Part shown: piece after piece, positions 9,819-23,537 of the stretch
Position numbering within the stretch: position 1 is the stretch's first letter
Layout of the letters: every line of letters begins with the position of its first letter
Source: Octopus bimaculoides
Lineage: Eukaryota
DNA length: 64,000 nucleotides
Assembly (NCBI RefSeq): GCF_001194135.2
Contig: NC_068991.1
Coordinates: forward strand, 49,773,916 to 49,837,915
Direction of reading: 5' to 3'
Program-made: the position numbers and the translations under genes
The notes under the pieces: model-generated
The model's input: the letters and a program-made list of their open reading frames with translations, nothing else
Told to the model about the DNA's origin: nothing
The model's database searches: none

Positions 9819-12800
9819 TTAAATATACAACTAAGCTCTCATAACTGTCCCAGATGTTGGGCATCTTTATCATCAAAGATGTCTCTAGATGAAAACATCC
9901 TTAACATAGCTAGGATTGCATCTTAACTAATAACCCTTCTCTTCAGTTGCCCAGAAGATACTTCAATCTCTTCCTGCACCCCATTCTATAATAGTCCCCT
10001 GATCCTCAGCTTTCATCATGCCATTTTCACTCAGGGATTCCTGATTCCCTTCTTCCTCCTTGCATTCAACTCCTTCAAGCCCTGTACTAACACCTCACCC
10101 AGCCTTTCCCAAATGCCAACCCCTGGAACTCCCTACCTGCAGCAATATTAACATCAATCTCACCAGTGTGGAAGGATTCGCAATGGCCATTGACTGTTCC
10201 TTTCTCCACATTTGATGGTAATATTTGTGTCTAATGTTTCAATAAAATTGTCAATAATTAGAAAATTATAAAAATGTAAAGTTATCCCCATTTTTAATGG
10301 TTTAAGATAACAAAAAAAAAATTAAATAATGAATAAAAAGCAGACCTATCTATCCCAAAACACGGTCAAAAAGATGTTGGACGAGAATGAGTTTCATTTT
10401 ATTCTAGACAATGTGGTTGTTGAATCCTCAAGTGGTAAAATATAACTCTAGAGTAATCTGGATGACTGCATCGAAGGTGTTGGCTGTTTGATCTAAAGTT
10501 ATTAATACTGGATTGCTACCATTATGGAATTGTTGAATATAATATATAGTGGCAGGGTTGATTAATATGTATTTTCAGTCAAGACTAATCAGGAACAGTA
10601 GAGATATTTGTCTTCACAACTGAAGAGAATAGTTGACTTCATTAGTAAACTGCTCGATACCTAAATTGGAGTGTGAAAAGTTCCCTATATTCAAACTGGT
10701 GATAAGAGTTGAACAACTCTGTAAAACTCAGTATTGTAAAGTTGTTAAATGGTAAAATAAAAAAATAAAAAAGACAAAAATAACGAAGAAAAATAGAAAA
10801 AGGTCCAATATTTATATTTCATCAAATACAGCAACATTTAAAGTTTGCAAGAATATGGACACAAAATTCTTTATGAAAAAAAAAAAAAAAAAAAAAAGAT
10901 AGGCATGTCCAGTTCTCATTTCTGAAATATTTCATGGCAAGATTTCTTTTATTTTTCAGTCGACAGGAGCTTCTATATATATTTCTTTTATAAATAAAAT
11001 TTCAAATAGTGCAACAAAAGACTAAAAGACATACAGTGAACTTGACAGGCAACAAGGATAAGAGGAAAATAAGATTTTGCAAGATTGTAGGATATTAGTG
11101 CAAAGTTCACATTTTACAAAAATGTCAGAAGCAACAAACATAACAGTTTATAAGTAAAAGATTTGTAATTTTATAAATTTATAATAATTAGTTGTTTAGA
11201 AAAGATTTGATGGTAATATCTGTGTCCAATATTTCAATAAAATTGTTAATAATTAGAAAATTATAAAAATGTAAAGTTTTCCCCATTTTTAATGGTTTAA
11301 GATAATATTCAGTTGAGAGAAGAAATTAGCTACAAATGAATAGAAATCTGAAGACTTGTTTTTTTTTTTTTTTTTTAAAGNNNNNNNNNNNNNNNNNNNN
11401 NNNNNNNNNNNNNNNNNNNNNNNNNNNNNNNNNNNNNNNNNNNNNNNNNNNNNNNNNNNNNNNNNNNNNNNNNNNNNNNNNNNNNNNNNNNNNNNNNNNN
11501 NNNNNNNNNNNNNNNNNNNNNNNNNNNNNNNNNNNNNNNNNNNNNNNNNNNNNNNNNNNNNNNNNNNNNNNNNNNNNNNNNNNNNNNNNNNNNNNNNNNN
11601 NNNNNNNNNNNNNNNNNNNNNNNNNNNNNNNNNNNNNNNNNNNNNNNNNNNNNNNNNNNNNNNNNNNTTTTTTTTTTTTTTAAAGAGAATATTGTTTTGT
11701 ATTTTGTTGAGATTCCAACTTAAATATGAAGAGACAGTCTTTGATAATATAAATCATTGATCTCCAAAAAGAAACGTTCGAAATCCGAAATAGAATTAAT
11801 TTGATTTCCTTTGGAGTTTGCAAGAGTTCATTATATTTTTGTTTTGTTTTCATTTTTTAAAGAAGCCAGTAAAAATAATCAAGAAAATTGAAGATGATTT
11901 TACAAGGTTTTCATTTTAAATGCCTTTAAAAACAGAGAAAGATAATGTTGAAATCATGTATGCCTCATATTTGAACAAAATAAATTGAATAACTCCAAAG
12001 CAAATAGTTAGTTTGCAAAAGGACATCACAGTAAAATGGGAATATTTTCAGATCATTTCATTTAATTTTTTAAACAAATTACCCCAATTAATTTTGAAAA
12101 CTGAAGTTAACTAAATAAGCATTCTAAGTCCCACTGATCCTTAGTTATTAAAGACACCGTTAATTTAATAATTATCAGCAATTTAGAATGAAAATAATCT
12201 TTTAACAATTTCTTCAGATTTGTGCAAATTCACCAATACCCACATTATTAATCCCATTTCAGTTTAACAGTCACACTGGCAATCCAAATTAAAAATTTCC
12301 TCAGATCCATAGTATCCTCACCCAAATTAAAACTTTAATGTTAACATGTACAATTTTCCCTCCCAAATTTGGTCCAGTTTAACTTGAACATTCAAAACTC
12401 TTCTTTCATCATTGGTCCAGTTTATTCATATATTACCACCCAAATTACAAATTTGATATTCTTAGTTTAAAAACCCAGGTTTTGACCAAGACTCACCCAT
12501 TCTGCATAAACACTTAAAACTCCAAAGTCATCATAAACAATCCACTTGGTCTTTAACTCCAACATTTGTTGTATTTTCATTAAACTAATTTCTTATAATG
12601 GCATGAAACCTAAATGGAAAGTTTCAACATTCATGATTTTACTTGACCAGGCTCAGGGTCAGTTTTGACATTCACTTAAATTTATCCTAGATTTTGGCAA
12701 GTATTTCTTTTATTGCTGTCAATGTCAACATTGACATCAGCTCTGTCAAAGTATCAACTTTAACAACTGTCTGTTCAAATCATCTGATCTCAATATACTG

Positions 12801-15565
12801 ATATCATTTTGGCAAGACCAATTTTTGTTTGAGGGATATGGCCAATCGAATTGACTTCTGCATTACCAATATTTATTTTACTAGAAAATAGGGATAAAAA
12901 CCAGCTCCTGTGGTGTAATAACATTAACACTAATTATATAAAAGACTCTTTAACCTAGTGGGCCTAAACATCTTGAAATTTTAATAACATTCAGACATTC
13001 TCTTGATGCAAGAGAAAGAGCATCCTAATCAAGCATAGCATATTTTCCAAATACTTACCAAGATCAAAATTGTTAAGGCATTCAGTTAATTTAGTTTTAA
13101 AATTAAAATTTTCAAAAAGAAAATTATTAATATTATGAACATTTATACAGAAACTTCATGTAGTGGAAGTGAAACTTTAAACTTTCACTTGGAAAGTAAG
13201 AAGTTAAACATTTTTCTTGAAATCCAATTTATCATCAGTATTTTCATGTTAAAAATTACTCAAAATCCAATCTAGAATCTATTTTGGTAAGATATCTTTA
13301 AAAAATTTCCAGTTATATCAATCAAATAGTTGAATCAGTAAACTTGAAAATTTTATAAATTTTCTTATTTCTTTTATCAGAGCTAAAATTCATTGTTTAA
13401 TTATAATTCAAGATTCTAATAAATAAATTCTTATTTGAGCTAAGACAATCATCTATGTTGAGAATTATAAATGTTTCTGCTGATAATATTCAGTAAGCTG
13501 TATGCCCAAACGAAATACTTTCTTGAATGCAAATTCATTTAGAATATTTCTTAAAATGATCCATTTTTGAAATTTAAATGGAAGGGAAAGTGCCCAGATA
13601 GCAAACTTTAATAATATCAGAGAGGATTAAAAACAGAAGGCACAAGGTGCATTGACAACAAGGAGAGCAAAAGAAATCCAAGTAACAGGAATGGGTAGAT
13701 GACATATATATATATATATATATACATACATACATACATACATACATACANNNNNNNNNNCACACACACACACACACGTGTGTGTTTGTGTGTATGTTTT
13801 TATGGTTGATTTAAAGTATACTTAGGCATATTTCTCAGAGATTAACAAAATAAAATCAAAAAAGACAGGCAAAAGACCTTCCCAACTACCAGGCATGAAA
13901 TTGTCTGAATTAGTGTATTTCTGTCTCAAAAATCATTTGTTAATGGATTTATAAGATGAAAGTTATTTCAATAAAATGAGAATCAAAATGAAAGTTTATT
14001 ACAAGACTATTTCTGAAAGACTGTGTTTAAGATGGAAAGAAAAGGAAAAAAATGTGAATGTTGATGCTAAACATGTTGCATGAATTGTCAGCTAAACCAT
14101 TACAATTTAGACATCCTTGAAATGAGTGATTATCTCAATGAATTGGGGATCAACTCTAAGTATACATGCAAATAAGGTGCTGTTTATGAATCAAAATATA
14201 AGCTTATTTTTAAATGCATTGCCTAAAGTATTATATTTTTATATAATATATTATTCATGTCTGTGTAAGAGTTTACTCAAACACAAAAAATAGGAGTCAA
14301 AATATCTTCGTTGGCAACAAAGCTGCACAGAAGCTTGGAGTGAAAAGATATAATAAAACTGGATATAAACAGCAGTAGCAGGAGATTGGTTTCTAGACAA
14401 GACATAATCCATCAGACTTAAAAGTTATGCCACCAATGTAGGAAAGTCAATGCTCCACATGGGGAATATATCCTTTCCCTAATTAATATTATAACTTTGG
14501 CCCTGCTGGATGTAATTTATTAAATAGAACCAGGAACAATCTGGAAGTTGTAGTTGGAATCATCTTCAACAAAGAAATCCCAAAATTCAAAAATGAAGTC
14601 CTTAACAGAAAAAAAAAAAAAACCTCCTGTTACTTCCTCACTCTTAGTTGTAGGAAATTATGACTCACTGGATTTCACTGTGAGGGGCTACAGAGGTGTC
14701 TTTAAAATAACTAATTTTCATAGATATTTCAGCGAATTTTGTTTAATAAAACCAGCTGAAAAAAAAATTAATAACACTATGGCAACTTTGAAATAAAGTG
14801 ATATAGACAATGAAAAGAGAAAGCCTGCAATTAATTGAAAGATCAGCCAAGTGCTGGGGAGAAATAAATGTAACAGTTACTGAGTTTCAACTAAATATAG
14901 AGCATTTTTCATCAGTTTTGCTACATAGTTCTNNNNNNNNNNNNNNNNNNNNNNNNNNNNNNNNNNNNNNNNNNNNNNNNNNNNNNNNNNNNNNNNNNNN
15001 NNNNNNNNNNNNNNNNNNNNNNNNNNNNNNNNNNNNNNNNNNNNNNNNNNNNNNNNNNNNNNNNNNNNNNNNNNNNNNNNNNNNNNNNNNNNNNNNNNNN
15101 NNNNNNNNNNNNNNNNNNNNNNNNNNNNNNNNNNNNNNNNNNNNNNNNNNNNNNNNNNNNNNNNNNNNNNNNNNNNNNNNNNNNNNNNNNNNNNNNNNNN
15201 NNNNNNNNNNNNNNNNNNNNNNNNNNNNNNNNNNNNNNNNNNNNNNNNNNNNNNNNNNNNNNNNNNNNNNNNNNNNNNNNNNNNNNNNNNNNNNNNNNNN
15301 NNNNNNNNNNNNNNNNNNNNNNNNNNNNNNNNNNNNNNNNNNNNNNNNNNNNNNNNNNNNNNNNNNNNNNNNNNNNNNNNNNNNNNNNNNNNNNNNNNNN
15401 NNNNNNNNNNNNNNNNNNNNNNNNNNNNNNNNNNNNNNNNNNNNNNNNNNNNNNNNNNNNNNNNNNNNNNNNNNNNNNNNNNNNNNNNNNNNNNNNNNNN
15501 NNNNNNNNNNTGGAACAAATTAGCATGAATTTTCCCTGGAAGTTGTTTTAGTGGCATCATATTAA

Positions 15566-15787
15566 CACTTTAGCATGTAAACCAGCCATATCCAGCCCAA
15601 ATATTCTACCTGTTTTGTGTTCAAAACCAGTTAGATCCAGCCTCTTACACCTACCCTGTGATGTCATTCTAAAAAAATGTTATCACATCATCAAAATTTT
15701 AAAGCTGTGAGATAATGCATGATGATTTCAAAACAATGTAAATGAATAACCATTACATTTCACCAAAGTAATCTGAATGCTAAAGGG
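15566..15787. mobile_element. piggyBac-type MITE, copy 2
   Basis: TTAA|CACTTTAGCATG ... AATGCTAAAGGG|TTAA. The interior is homologous to copy 1. Confidence 0.85.
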
Positions 15788-16054
15788 TTAAAACAAGAAA
15801 TTTCTGTCATGGAACCATGGACAGTCTCAGGTGGGTTGGTATCAAAAGGGTTAATATTAGTAGATTTGTAGTGGGGAGAGAGATCATTTATGCCTTGTAG
15901 GCTATATGTTTTAAATCTTCTCAACTCAGTACCTCTACAGAATTCCAATTAAAACAATACTTTTATACAAGCAGAACTAACTCAGGGTAACCCAGAAGAA
16001 GAAAAAAAATTCAGCTAATAAATTTTGTTACAATTAAAATACAATCAAGCAATC

Positions 16055-16177
16055 ATCATCATCATCATCGTTTAACGTCCGCTTTCCATGCTAGCATGGG
16101 TTGGACGACTTGACTGAGGACTGGTGAAACCGGATGGCAACACCAGGCTCCAATCTAAATCTGGCAGAGTTTCTACA
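16055..16177 (-). mobile_element. RTE-tail SINE/LINE 3' end fragment with (CAT)n tail
   Basis: catcatcgtttaacgtccgctttccatgctagcatgggttggacg, shared with 21880-22140, 61605-61995 and 63325-63885. Confidence 0.85.
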
Positions 16178-16615
16178 TAAAGAAAAAATTTTCTCAAATG
16201 TTGCTTTAAAATAAATTTTGATAGTTTTTATAGATTATTTTCATTAATACATGGCTGCTACAGACAATTAGAAAATGAGTTTATTGAAATGGAAATACAT
16301 TTACTTTAATATCTATCTAGGCATTTTTATATCTTCAAGACATTTTCGAATGTTGTGTCTAGTCAACATTGTCTTCAGGATCATTTTACAACACTTCAAA
16401 CCATTTCCACCTTATCTTCCACAAATTATGAGCTGAAGCAGTGTTAAGAAGATAAGAGACAAGTCAATCATAAGTGATTTTTCCAGAGGCCTTGGCATTA
16501 TTTGTAACAGAGACAATGAAAGCTTGGAAGACTTCAATTCCCAACCTATAATTTTATTTTAATGAAGGCCAAGAAAACAGTGGATAAAACTAATTTATTT
16601 TGCTGTGATAATGCT

Positions 16616-17866
16616 TATGAGGGTAAATGAAAAATTTATATACTCTTGATTCAGTAATGAAAGCAAAAGCAGGGGTTGAACGATTACATCATTTTTTTGA
16701 CACAGTCTCCTTGTTTTGTGATGTACTTATTCAGCAGTCCACAAGCTTGCTTATTCCATCTGAGATTAAGGTTTTCAGCTGGTCACATAGTCATTTGTGT
16801 ACCACTTTCTGTGCTTCATCATCTGTAGCAAATTGACGCAATCCGAAGAGGTAATGGTCAGAAGGGGTGAGATTTGGACTGTAAGAGGAGAGTTCCAGCA
16901 ACTCAAAACCCAATTTTTCAATGGTTTCAATGCTGTGTGTGGACATGCATTGTTGTGCAACAATAACACCAGATTTGACAATAGACTTGTTTGGTATGAA
17001 TTGTTTGTTTAGTTTGTCAGCCAGTATTTCACTGTAACCAGCACTAATGACTGCAGACCCCTTTTCTGGGTAATGTTCCAGTGTAGGCCCTTTTGTGTCC
17101 CAAAAGAAAGAAAAAAACAGCTAGTATTACTTTTTCTGCAGAAGGATGAGTCTAGAATTTCTTTTCTGCTGGATATTCCAGGCGTTTTCACTCCATACTC
17201 TGCCTTTTGGGTTCTAACTCAAAGTGATGGATCCTGGTCTCATCTTCCATGACTATTGTCTCCAAGGAAGCTTTGCTTACATCACTGTAGCAGTTGAGTA
17301 AGGCTTGACAGATCTCTACACAATTCCATTTAGGCACTTCAGTAAGCTCTCTTGACACCCATCTTGCACAGACTTTACAGAAATGAAGCTTTTCATGGAT
17401 GATTGTGTATACCAAACCATGACTAATTTGCAGTGAACAAGCTACCTTATTGATGGCCACTTGTTAGTTCACCAGAACCATCTCTCAAGCTTGTTGAATC
17501 TTCACATCAGTGGTAGAGATTGATGGGCATTCTTCTCCCTCATGCTTTGCACTCGTCCAGCCATGTCTGAATTTCTCAACCCACTCATACACACTTCTAT
17601 ATAGAAGAGCAACGTCCCCATATTGTATTGAAAGCTTGCTATGAATTTAAGCCCTTGATGCTCTTCAGACCAGAGAAATCAGATCACTTATCTCTGTTCT
17701 TCTTTGGTGCACACTACCAGCAGTGCAGCCATGCTTACTCTGTAATACAAGAAAGGAAACTGTAGCGATCATGGTCAAACTTTGGTTATATAACCATAAG
17801 AGTACCATCTTTAACCATGCAAGCACTGAAGATGAAAATACAGATAATTTTTGACTTCCCCTAGTA
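16616..17866 (-). mobile_element. Degenerate near-full-length mariner element
   Basis: Translated fragments KVCARWVSRELT, IVMEDETRIHHF and LLLHNNACPH correspond to the mariner WVPRELT/DETW/HDNARPH motifs. Multiple frameshifts. TA-flanked TIR-like ends (tatgagggtaaatgaaaaatt / aatttttgacttcccctagta). Confidence 0.88.
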
Positions 17867-17950
17867 TTTTCTTAATACCAGAATATTTTAGTCAAAGAAT
17901 AAAAATAATAAATTTCATAAGTTTGAAAGAGAAGTACAAGTTAAACTTAC

Positions 17951-18084
17951 TAAAGGCTGGCTACAGGGATACCTATACAGGTTGACTTTGCCAAAATCGT
18001 CAGCAGTAGCTGTTAATTGCTTTACACTATTTGATCGACAGCTTGCATTGATGTCTGTACCATCAGCACCTTCAGGCCAGATAC
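17951..18084 (-). CDS. EML1: EML penultimate exon ((G)IWPEGADGTDINASCRSNSVKQLTATADDFGKVNLYRYPCSQPL)
   Basis: cattgtag|GT ... TTA|gtaagt. 134 nt, phase 1-0. WPEG.DGTDIN and DDFGKV...YPC are EML hallmarks. The expected final exon (...GHSSHVT...QW) was not found in sequenced bases. Confidence 0.95.
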
Positions 18085-18264
18085 CTACAATGAAATATTT
18101 AAGTTGTATAACGTTTACTAAGAAACTCTAACAGTAAATATGTATATACACATGTATACATGCACATATGTGCCTATTTTATATATATAATTCACACACA
18201 GACATGCACAAAGTGAATAAGAATTTTGAATGATGTTTTTTATAAAGTTAATTAATCTGTTAAA

Positions 18265-18525
18265 GTGGAGGTGCGTGGCTTAGTGGTTAGGGTGCCAGCA
18301 CTATGATCGTAAATTGTGGTTTCGATTCCTAGACCGGGCGACGCATTGCGTGCTTGAGCAAAACACTTCATTTCACATTGCTCCAGTCCACTCAGCTGGC
18401 AAAAATGAGTAACGCTGCGATGGACTGGCGTCCCCTCCAGCTGTGGAACACATACGCCATTGAAACCAGGAAACTGAGCCCATGAGCCTGGTTAGGCTGT
18501 AAAGGGCGCATTTATTATTTATTTT
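18265..18525 (+). mobile_element. Young tRNA-derived SINE (family C core, alternative tail) with a 17-bp TSD
   Basis: A box tggcttagtgg, B box ggtttcgattcc. TSD ttaattaatctgttaaa at 18248-18264 and 18526-18542. Lies in the 762-nt intron between two EML exons. Confidence 0.92.
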
Positions 18526-18846
18526 TTAATTAATCTGTTAAAATGTCTTTTTTTTCTTTTTCGTTTCATGCCTTTCTTAAAAGTATTAGCAGTAACAGCA
18601 AAATAATTTCAACTGATTGTTAAAAAATAGCTCAACTAGGCCAATGATACATGAAAATAAAAATCGTCAACTAGTGTCACAATGTGAAGAGTTTTTATTT
18701 TATTTATTTTTTTTTTATCAGAATTCTTTGATTTCAATGTCAAAGTATCTTGTGAAGTGATTGTGAATCAGTTGCAAAATAAAACTGAGTAAAATATAAA
18801 TTGTAAAAAATAATAATAAAAGGAAAAGACAAAGAATTTAAATTAC

Positions 18847-18942
18847 CGGCAAGATTGAAACTTAAAGTACAAGTGCTGGTATGCCATTCAAGTTCCCGGA
18901 TAGCATTTGGGCTAATTAACTGCTTGCAAGTAGATGCTGTCC
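18847..18942 (-). CDS. EML1: EML exon ((W)TASTCKQLISPNAIRELEWHTSTCTLSFNLA)
   Basis: tgttacag|GG ... GCCG|gtaatt. 96 nt, phase 1-1. Confidence 0.94.
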
Positions 18943-19291
18943 CTGTAACAGAAAGGTTTTAATTAACTCCAAATTTATACTGAAACAACTGTATACTCAA
19001 GCAACAACAGACACTGCAACTGCATATGCATTTGATTGATTGGTTCATAAATTGATTGACTGATTGATAGACAGACAGACAGATTGATGGACACACACAC
19101 TGATACACAAAGTATCAGTTGAAGCCTACAGAATAGTAGACACAGAGCACATGAAGGGGAACTAGACACACATAACAGTATGAAGATGCTCGAGTGTTGT
19201 CCTGGTTGTGGTTGCTAAAATAAAAAGTGCACACATGCGCATACACAGCAACTGCATACATGCATGCACCCAAATATACACATTTTGTAAA

Positions 19292-20152
19292 TACGAGGTT
19301 TTATCAATAAGTATCCAGACTGTTGCCATAGTAATGAAGCTAAAGGATGCAGAGTGAAGCTGCTTGACAAAGATTGACCTTGAACTCTGCTGTGCATGTC
19401 TTAACATTCTTAACATTCTAGCTCACTTCCACTGTTTACAGCAGTGCTGGGAAGAAAGATGTGTAGCATGATCGTCACATTGACCATGACAGAGAAAATT
19501 GTCATGGCGATACCTGCTCAGAGGCCTACGCAAAGTTGCAGAAAGTGTACAGAGAGGCGTGTATGAGTCACACACAAGTGTACAAGCGGTTCAGACATTT
19601 CCAAGATGGCCAAAAAAAATGTCAATAGCAATAAATGTTCTGGGAAACCTGCAATCAGCAGAACTGAGAAAGACATCACAGATGTGCATGCAGCTGTGAA
19701 GGGAAATCATTGTATCACCACCCATAAGTTATCAGAAAATGGGCAGATTAGTTATGGTTCAGTTCAGTCCATTATCACTGAAAATTTGGGTATGAGACGC
19801 ATGCCTGCCAAGTTTGTGCCAAAACTGCTTTCAGCTGACTAAAAAGACACTCGGATTTCAGTTGCACAAGATCTCCTTGTAGGCGTCTTCTGAGTAGGTA
19901 TCAACACAAGCTTTTGGCAAAATTTGATGCAGATTTTCTGCTCAACTTTCTCTGTCATGGTCAATGCAACAATCACATGCTACACACCTTCCTTTCAAGC
20001 ACTGCTATAAACAGCAGAAGTGAGCTAGAACATTAAAACTTAGTGCACATGCACAGCAGAGTTCAAGGTCAATCTGTGCCAAGGGGTTTCACTGTGTGCT
20101 TTAACTTCGTTACTATGGCAACAGTCTGGATACTTATTGATCAGACCATGTA
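19292..20152 (+). mobile_element. Internally deleted mariner with long (~105 bp) TIRs
   Basis: tacgaggttttatcaataagtatccagactgttgccatagtaa... versus ...ttactatggcaacagtctggatacttattgatcagaccatgta. The interior encodes the transposase N-terminus (SGKPAISRTE...LGMRRMPAKFVPKLLS) only. Confidence 0.88.
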
Positions 20153-21879
20153 TACAAGTACAGAGACATATATACACGCACTAGATATGTAAGCATACAG
20201 CTATTAACAGCAACAAAGACAACCAAACATACAAACCATTAACACATTCAAGATACTGACGTTCTCAACATTAACTGCTACAGGACATATACCAAGGTAA
20301 CAACTAGTTGCACTTACTGCTCTTTATTTGCATCTCTGCTAGTAACACTACTTACAGTTTTTACTGACGTTGTTCCAGAGGTAATGCAAAAACTGGCATA
20401 ACTTTTTTTTTATTAACTATAAACATACAAGAGCAGAACATGCACATATTTCATCCTTCATTGTGCTATCAATTACCTCTCCTTCAAATCACTTCTTTTT
20501 AAAACCCATTCCTTCCACTTTATTTTCCATGAATCATCCCTTTCTGTGCCACCCTGAAGTACTAGTTAGGACTGCCATTTCCCTAATTTTTAACAAACTT
20601 TCTTATTTGCTATCATTCTCGCCACCCTTTTGCATCAGCTCTCAACAGGCTCTTTCTACTTTTGACCCACCCCCCTCCATTCACTATAGCCATTCCTGTA
20701 TGCTTTGGACATCCATCTGTCACTGTACATCTCTCTCTCATCTCCCACTCTCCCATCCTCTACATATTTTCTGATCTATCTACAGGTTTATTATAATGCA
20801 ATTCTCATCCTTTCTTCTACTGCCATTATTACTTCCTCTTTCCTGACAGACTCCTATTTCTTTCACTTCCTCCCCAAACTCATATTTACCATTGAGCACA
20901 ATTTCACCTTTGTTCCCTCTGCTACATTTGCATCTACACCTAACTCTTACCATTTGTCATTTTCTTCCCACATGCTAATGAACTTATCCACCCATCCTTC
21001 CTGATTCTTTGACCACACTCTCATACTTACTTCCTTGTATCTTGATAGAATGTTCTAATATCTCATAACCACTATCACTCTCTTTACAGACACTCCCACC
21101 CACCCTAATATAATGCAGGGTAGCAAAGCAGCTCCTCTATAGCAAGACATTTGTGCCTGACTATCACAGTTCAGAGGTCATTCCCACCCCCTTTCTCTTG
21201 TGACTTTCTTTGTAACAAGTCAACATTGTAAGCTTTTTAAAATGGTTGGCATTAGAAAGGGCATCCAGCTATAAAAACCATACCAAAACAGTCAATGGAA
21301 CTCATTGCAGTTCTACAACTTATTAGATCCTGTCAAACCATCCAACCTATGCCAAGACAGAAAAGGGATGTTAAAAGATGATGAGCATACATGAAACAAA
21401 CTTGTACTGCATTTGAGTTCCTTGTACAAAATAAATCGCTCTATATCTGCTTTTTCCATTTGACATAACTTGGACAATACTCTTCCCTATCTGGATGCTT
21501 GTCAGGAAAAAAGAGCATTCATCCACACAAAAAAAAAACACCCAGCCTCTTGAAATACAGCATGTAAAAACACTGCTTTCTGAAACAACATCTTACAATA
21601 GATATAGAATCATACAGATATTAACAGCAACAAAACCAGACAAATACACAAACAATTAACACATCCAACAAAGTGACTTGTTCAATAATATCTGTCAATG
21701 GCTGTCACTAGTTTCATTTATTGTTGTTAGTGTAAGTTATTGCTATGGTATTTCATGAAGGTGTTTTTCTCTATTGCTGAATACCCTTCCTCTTGACAAG
21801 CACTAGGAGAGGGCAATACGAGTATAAAACCATGATTAGAGTGAAGCTGACCACAGTCTTAGTACTTCCTTTGATGCAC

Positions 21880-22140
21880 AATGATTTGGCCGGTGCCCCT
21901 GGACTGGCTCTTGTGCGGGTGGCACATAAAAGACACCATTTCGAGCGTGGCCGTTTTCGTGTGGGTGACACGTAAAAGCACCCACTACACTCTCTGAGTG
22001 GTTGGCGTTAGGAAGGGCATCCAGCTGTAGAAACTCTGCCAAATTAGATTGGAGCCTGGTGTTGCCATCCGGTTTCACCAGTCCTCAGTCAAATCGTCCA
22101 ACCCATGCTAGCATGGAAGGCGGACGTTAAACGATGACGA
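21880..22140 (+). mobile_element. RTE-tail SINE with internal GCCAGT..ACTGGC modules
   Basis: Reverse complement of the 61605-61995 element; (GAT)n-like tail at 22133-22150. Confidence 0.85.
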
Positions 22141-22722
22141 ACGAATGATGAGTACAGAATGGAAATAAAAAGAAACCGGACGGTGTGAAGAATTTAATCA
22201 ATACTAATTGATTGACTTCTTATGATTAAAAATGAATACTGGAGAAACAAACTTCAAAGATAAATGTTGTCTCAACCATCATTAACATATTTGCAGAAAT
22301 ACCAGTGAAACAAAAACAATTTACCCTGTGAATTACTAAAAACTTTAAAGTAAACTGAGGTTTTACATTCTACAATTATTGTTTCTTTCAGAATTGGTTA
22401 CTAAATTTAGATTTAGCAATAGAAGTAAATCTAATATACCCTTGGAAAACATTTGTCATTTACATAGTATAGTTGTACCCACATAATGTTTCACAACAGT
22501 GTAAAATGAATAAGAAACTACAGCTAAACTCTTGTTTGAGCCTTTAATAAGATAATTTCAAAGAAGATCAACTACTTGAGAAAAATGGATCAAATAAATA
22601 ACAAGAAAAGATAAGATGTGAAACCTCTTTCTGAGTGCCAAAATTGTCTTTCCATATATACAAGTTGGCATTAAAAGGATTTGTGAGATACACAATGAAT
22701 CCAATTTATAACAGTTACTTAC

Positions 22723-22810
22723 AAAAAAGAACTTCATAGTCTCCGGAGTTGCTCTGGATATACTGACTGTTAACTGACCAATCTATATGAGTGATAAAAC
22801 TGGAATGACC
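22723..22810 (-). CDS. EML1: EML WD40 exon (GHSSFITHIDWSVNSQYIQSNSGDYEVLF)
   Basis: cattatag|GGT ... TTTT|gtaagt. 88 nt, phase 0-1. Confidence 0.95.
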
Positions 22811-22945
22811 CTATAATGAAACAAAAAAAAAAAAANNNNNNNNNNAAAAAAAAAAAAAAAAGGAAACATAAGAACATTATTTCTAAATAAAATAAGGTAC
22901 ATATACTAAAATTTGGATCTAGGATATTAGATAAATATAACTTAC

Positions 22946-23043
22946 GGTGCATTTTCCAATTCGGCTATATTTGCTGCCACTCTCAGATACATGATAAATG
23001 TATATACTGTTGTCACGGGAACCAACAGCCAAAAAATTACCAT
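22946..23043 (-). CDS. EML1: EML WD40 exon ((D)GNFLAVGSRDNSIYIYHVSESGSKYSRIGKCT)
   Basis: tacttag|AT ... ACC|gtaagt. 98 nt, phase 1-0. Confidence 0.95.
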
Positions 23044-23537
23044 CTAAGTACAAATACATATGTAAATTTTAGAGACTCTTTCAAGGGCATTATTTTCAGA
23101 TAAAAAAAACAAAAAACAAACTGATTTTAAAAAGTAGTTATGAATTAATTTTGGTAGTAATAATAACAAACAGGCATTTCATCATAGCTTCAAGATATTT
23201 GAAATGTCTTCAACATCTCTGCAATTAACTACCTACAATATTATAGACAATGACAGTTTCTTTTAATAATGCTTCCAAAATTAAAACAAATAAGAAAGAG
23301 GTTATATGGAAAATTCATTGCTCTTGGGTTGAAACGAGTTGTTGGTTTCAATGAGAAGAGTGTAATTATGACTAAAGAAATATGTTGCTTGTAATTATAA
23401 GTTTAGGTGATTTGTTTTTACATATGTTTAGATATAACACTGGGTTTAATGATGTAGACAAAGTATATAATATGTTTAAACAACAGATTGAAATATATCA
23501 AATTCGAGTTCAGTTGAGTTGAAAAGTTGGAAATTAC

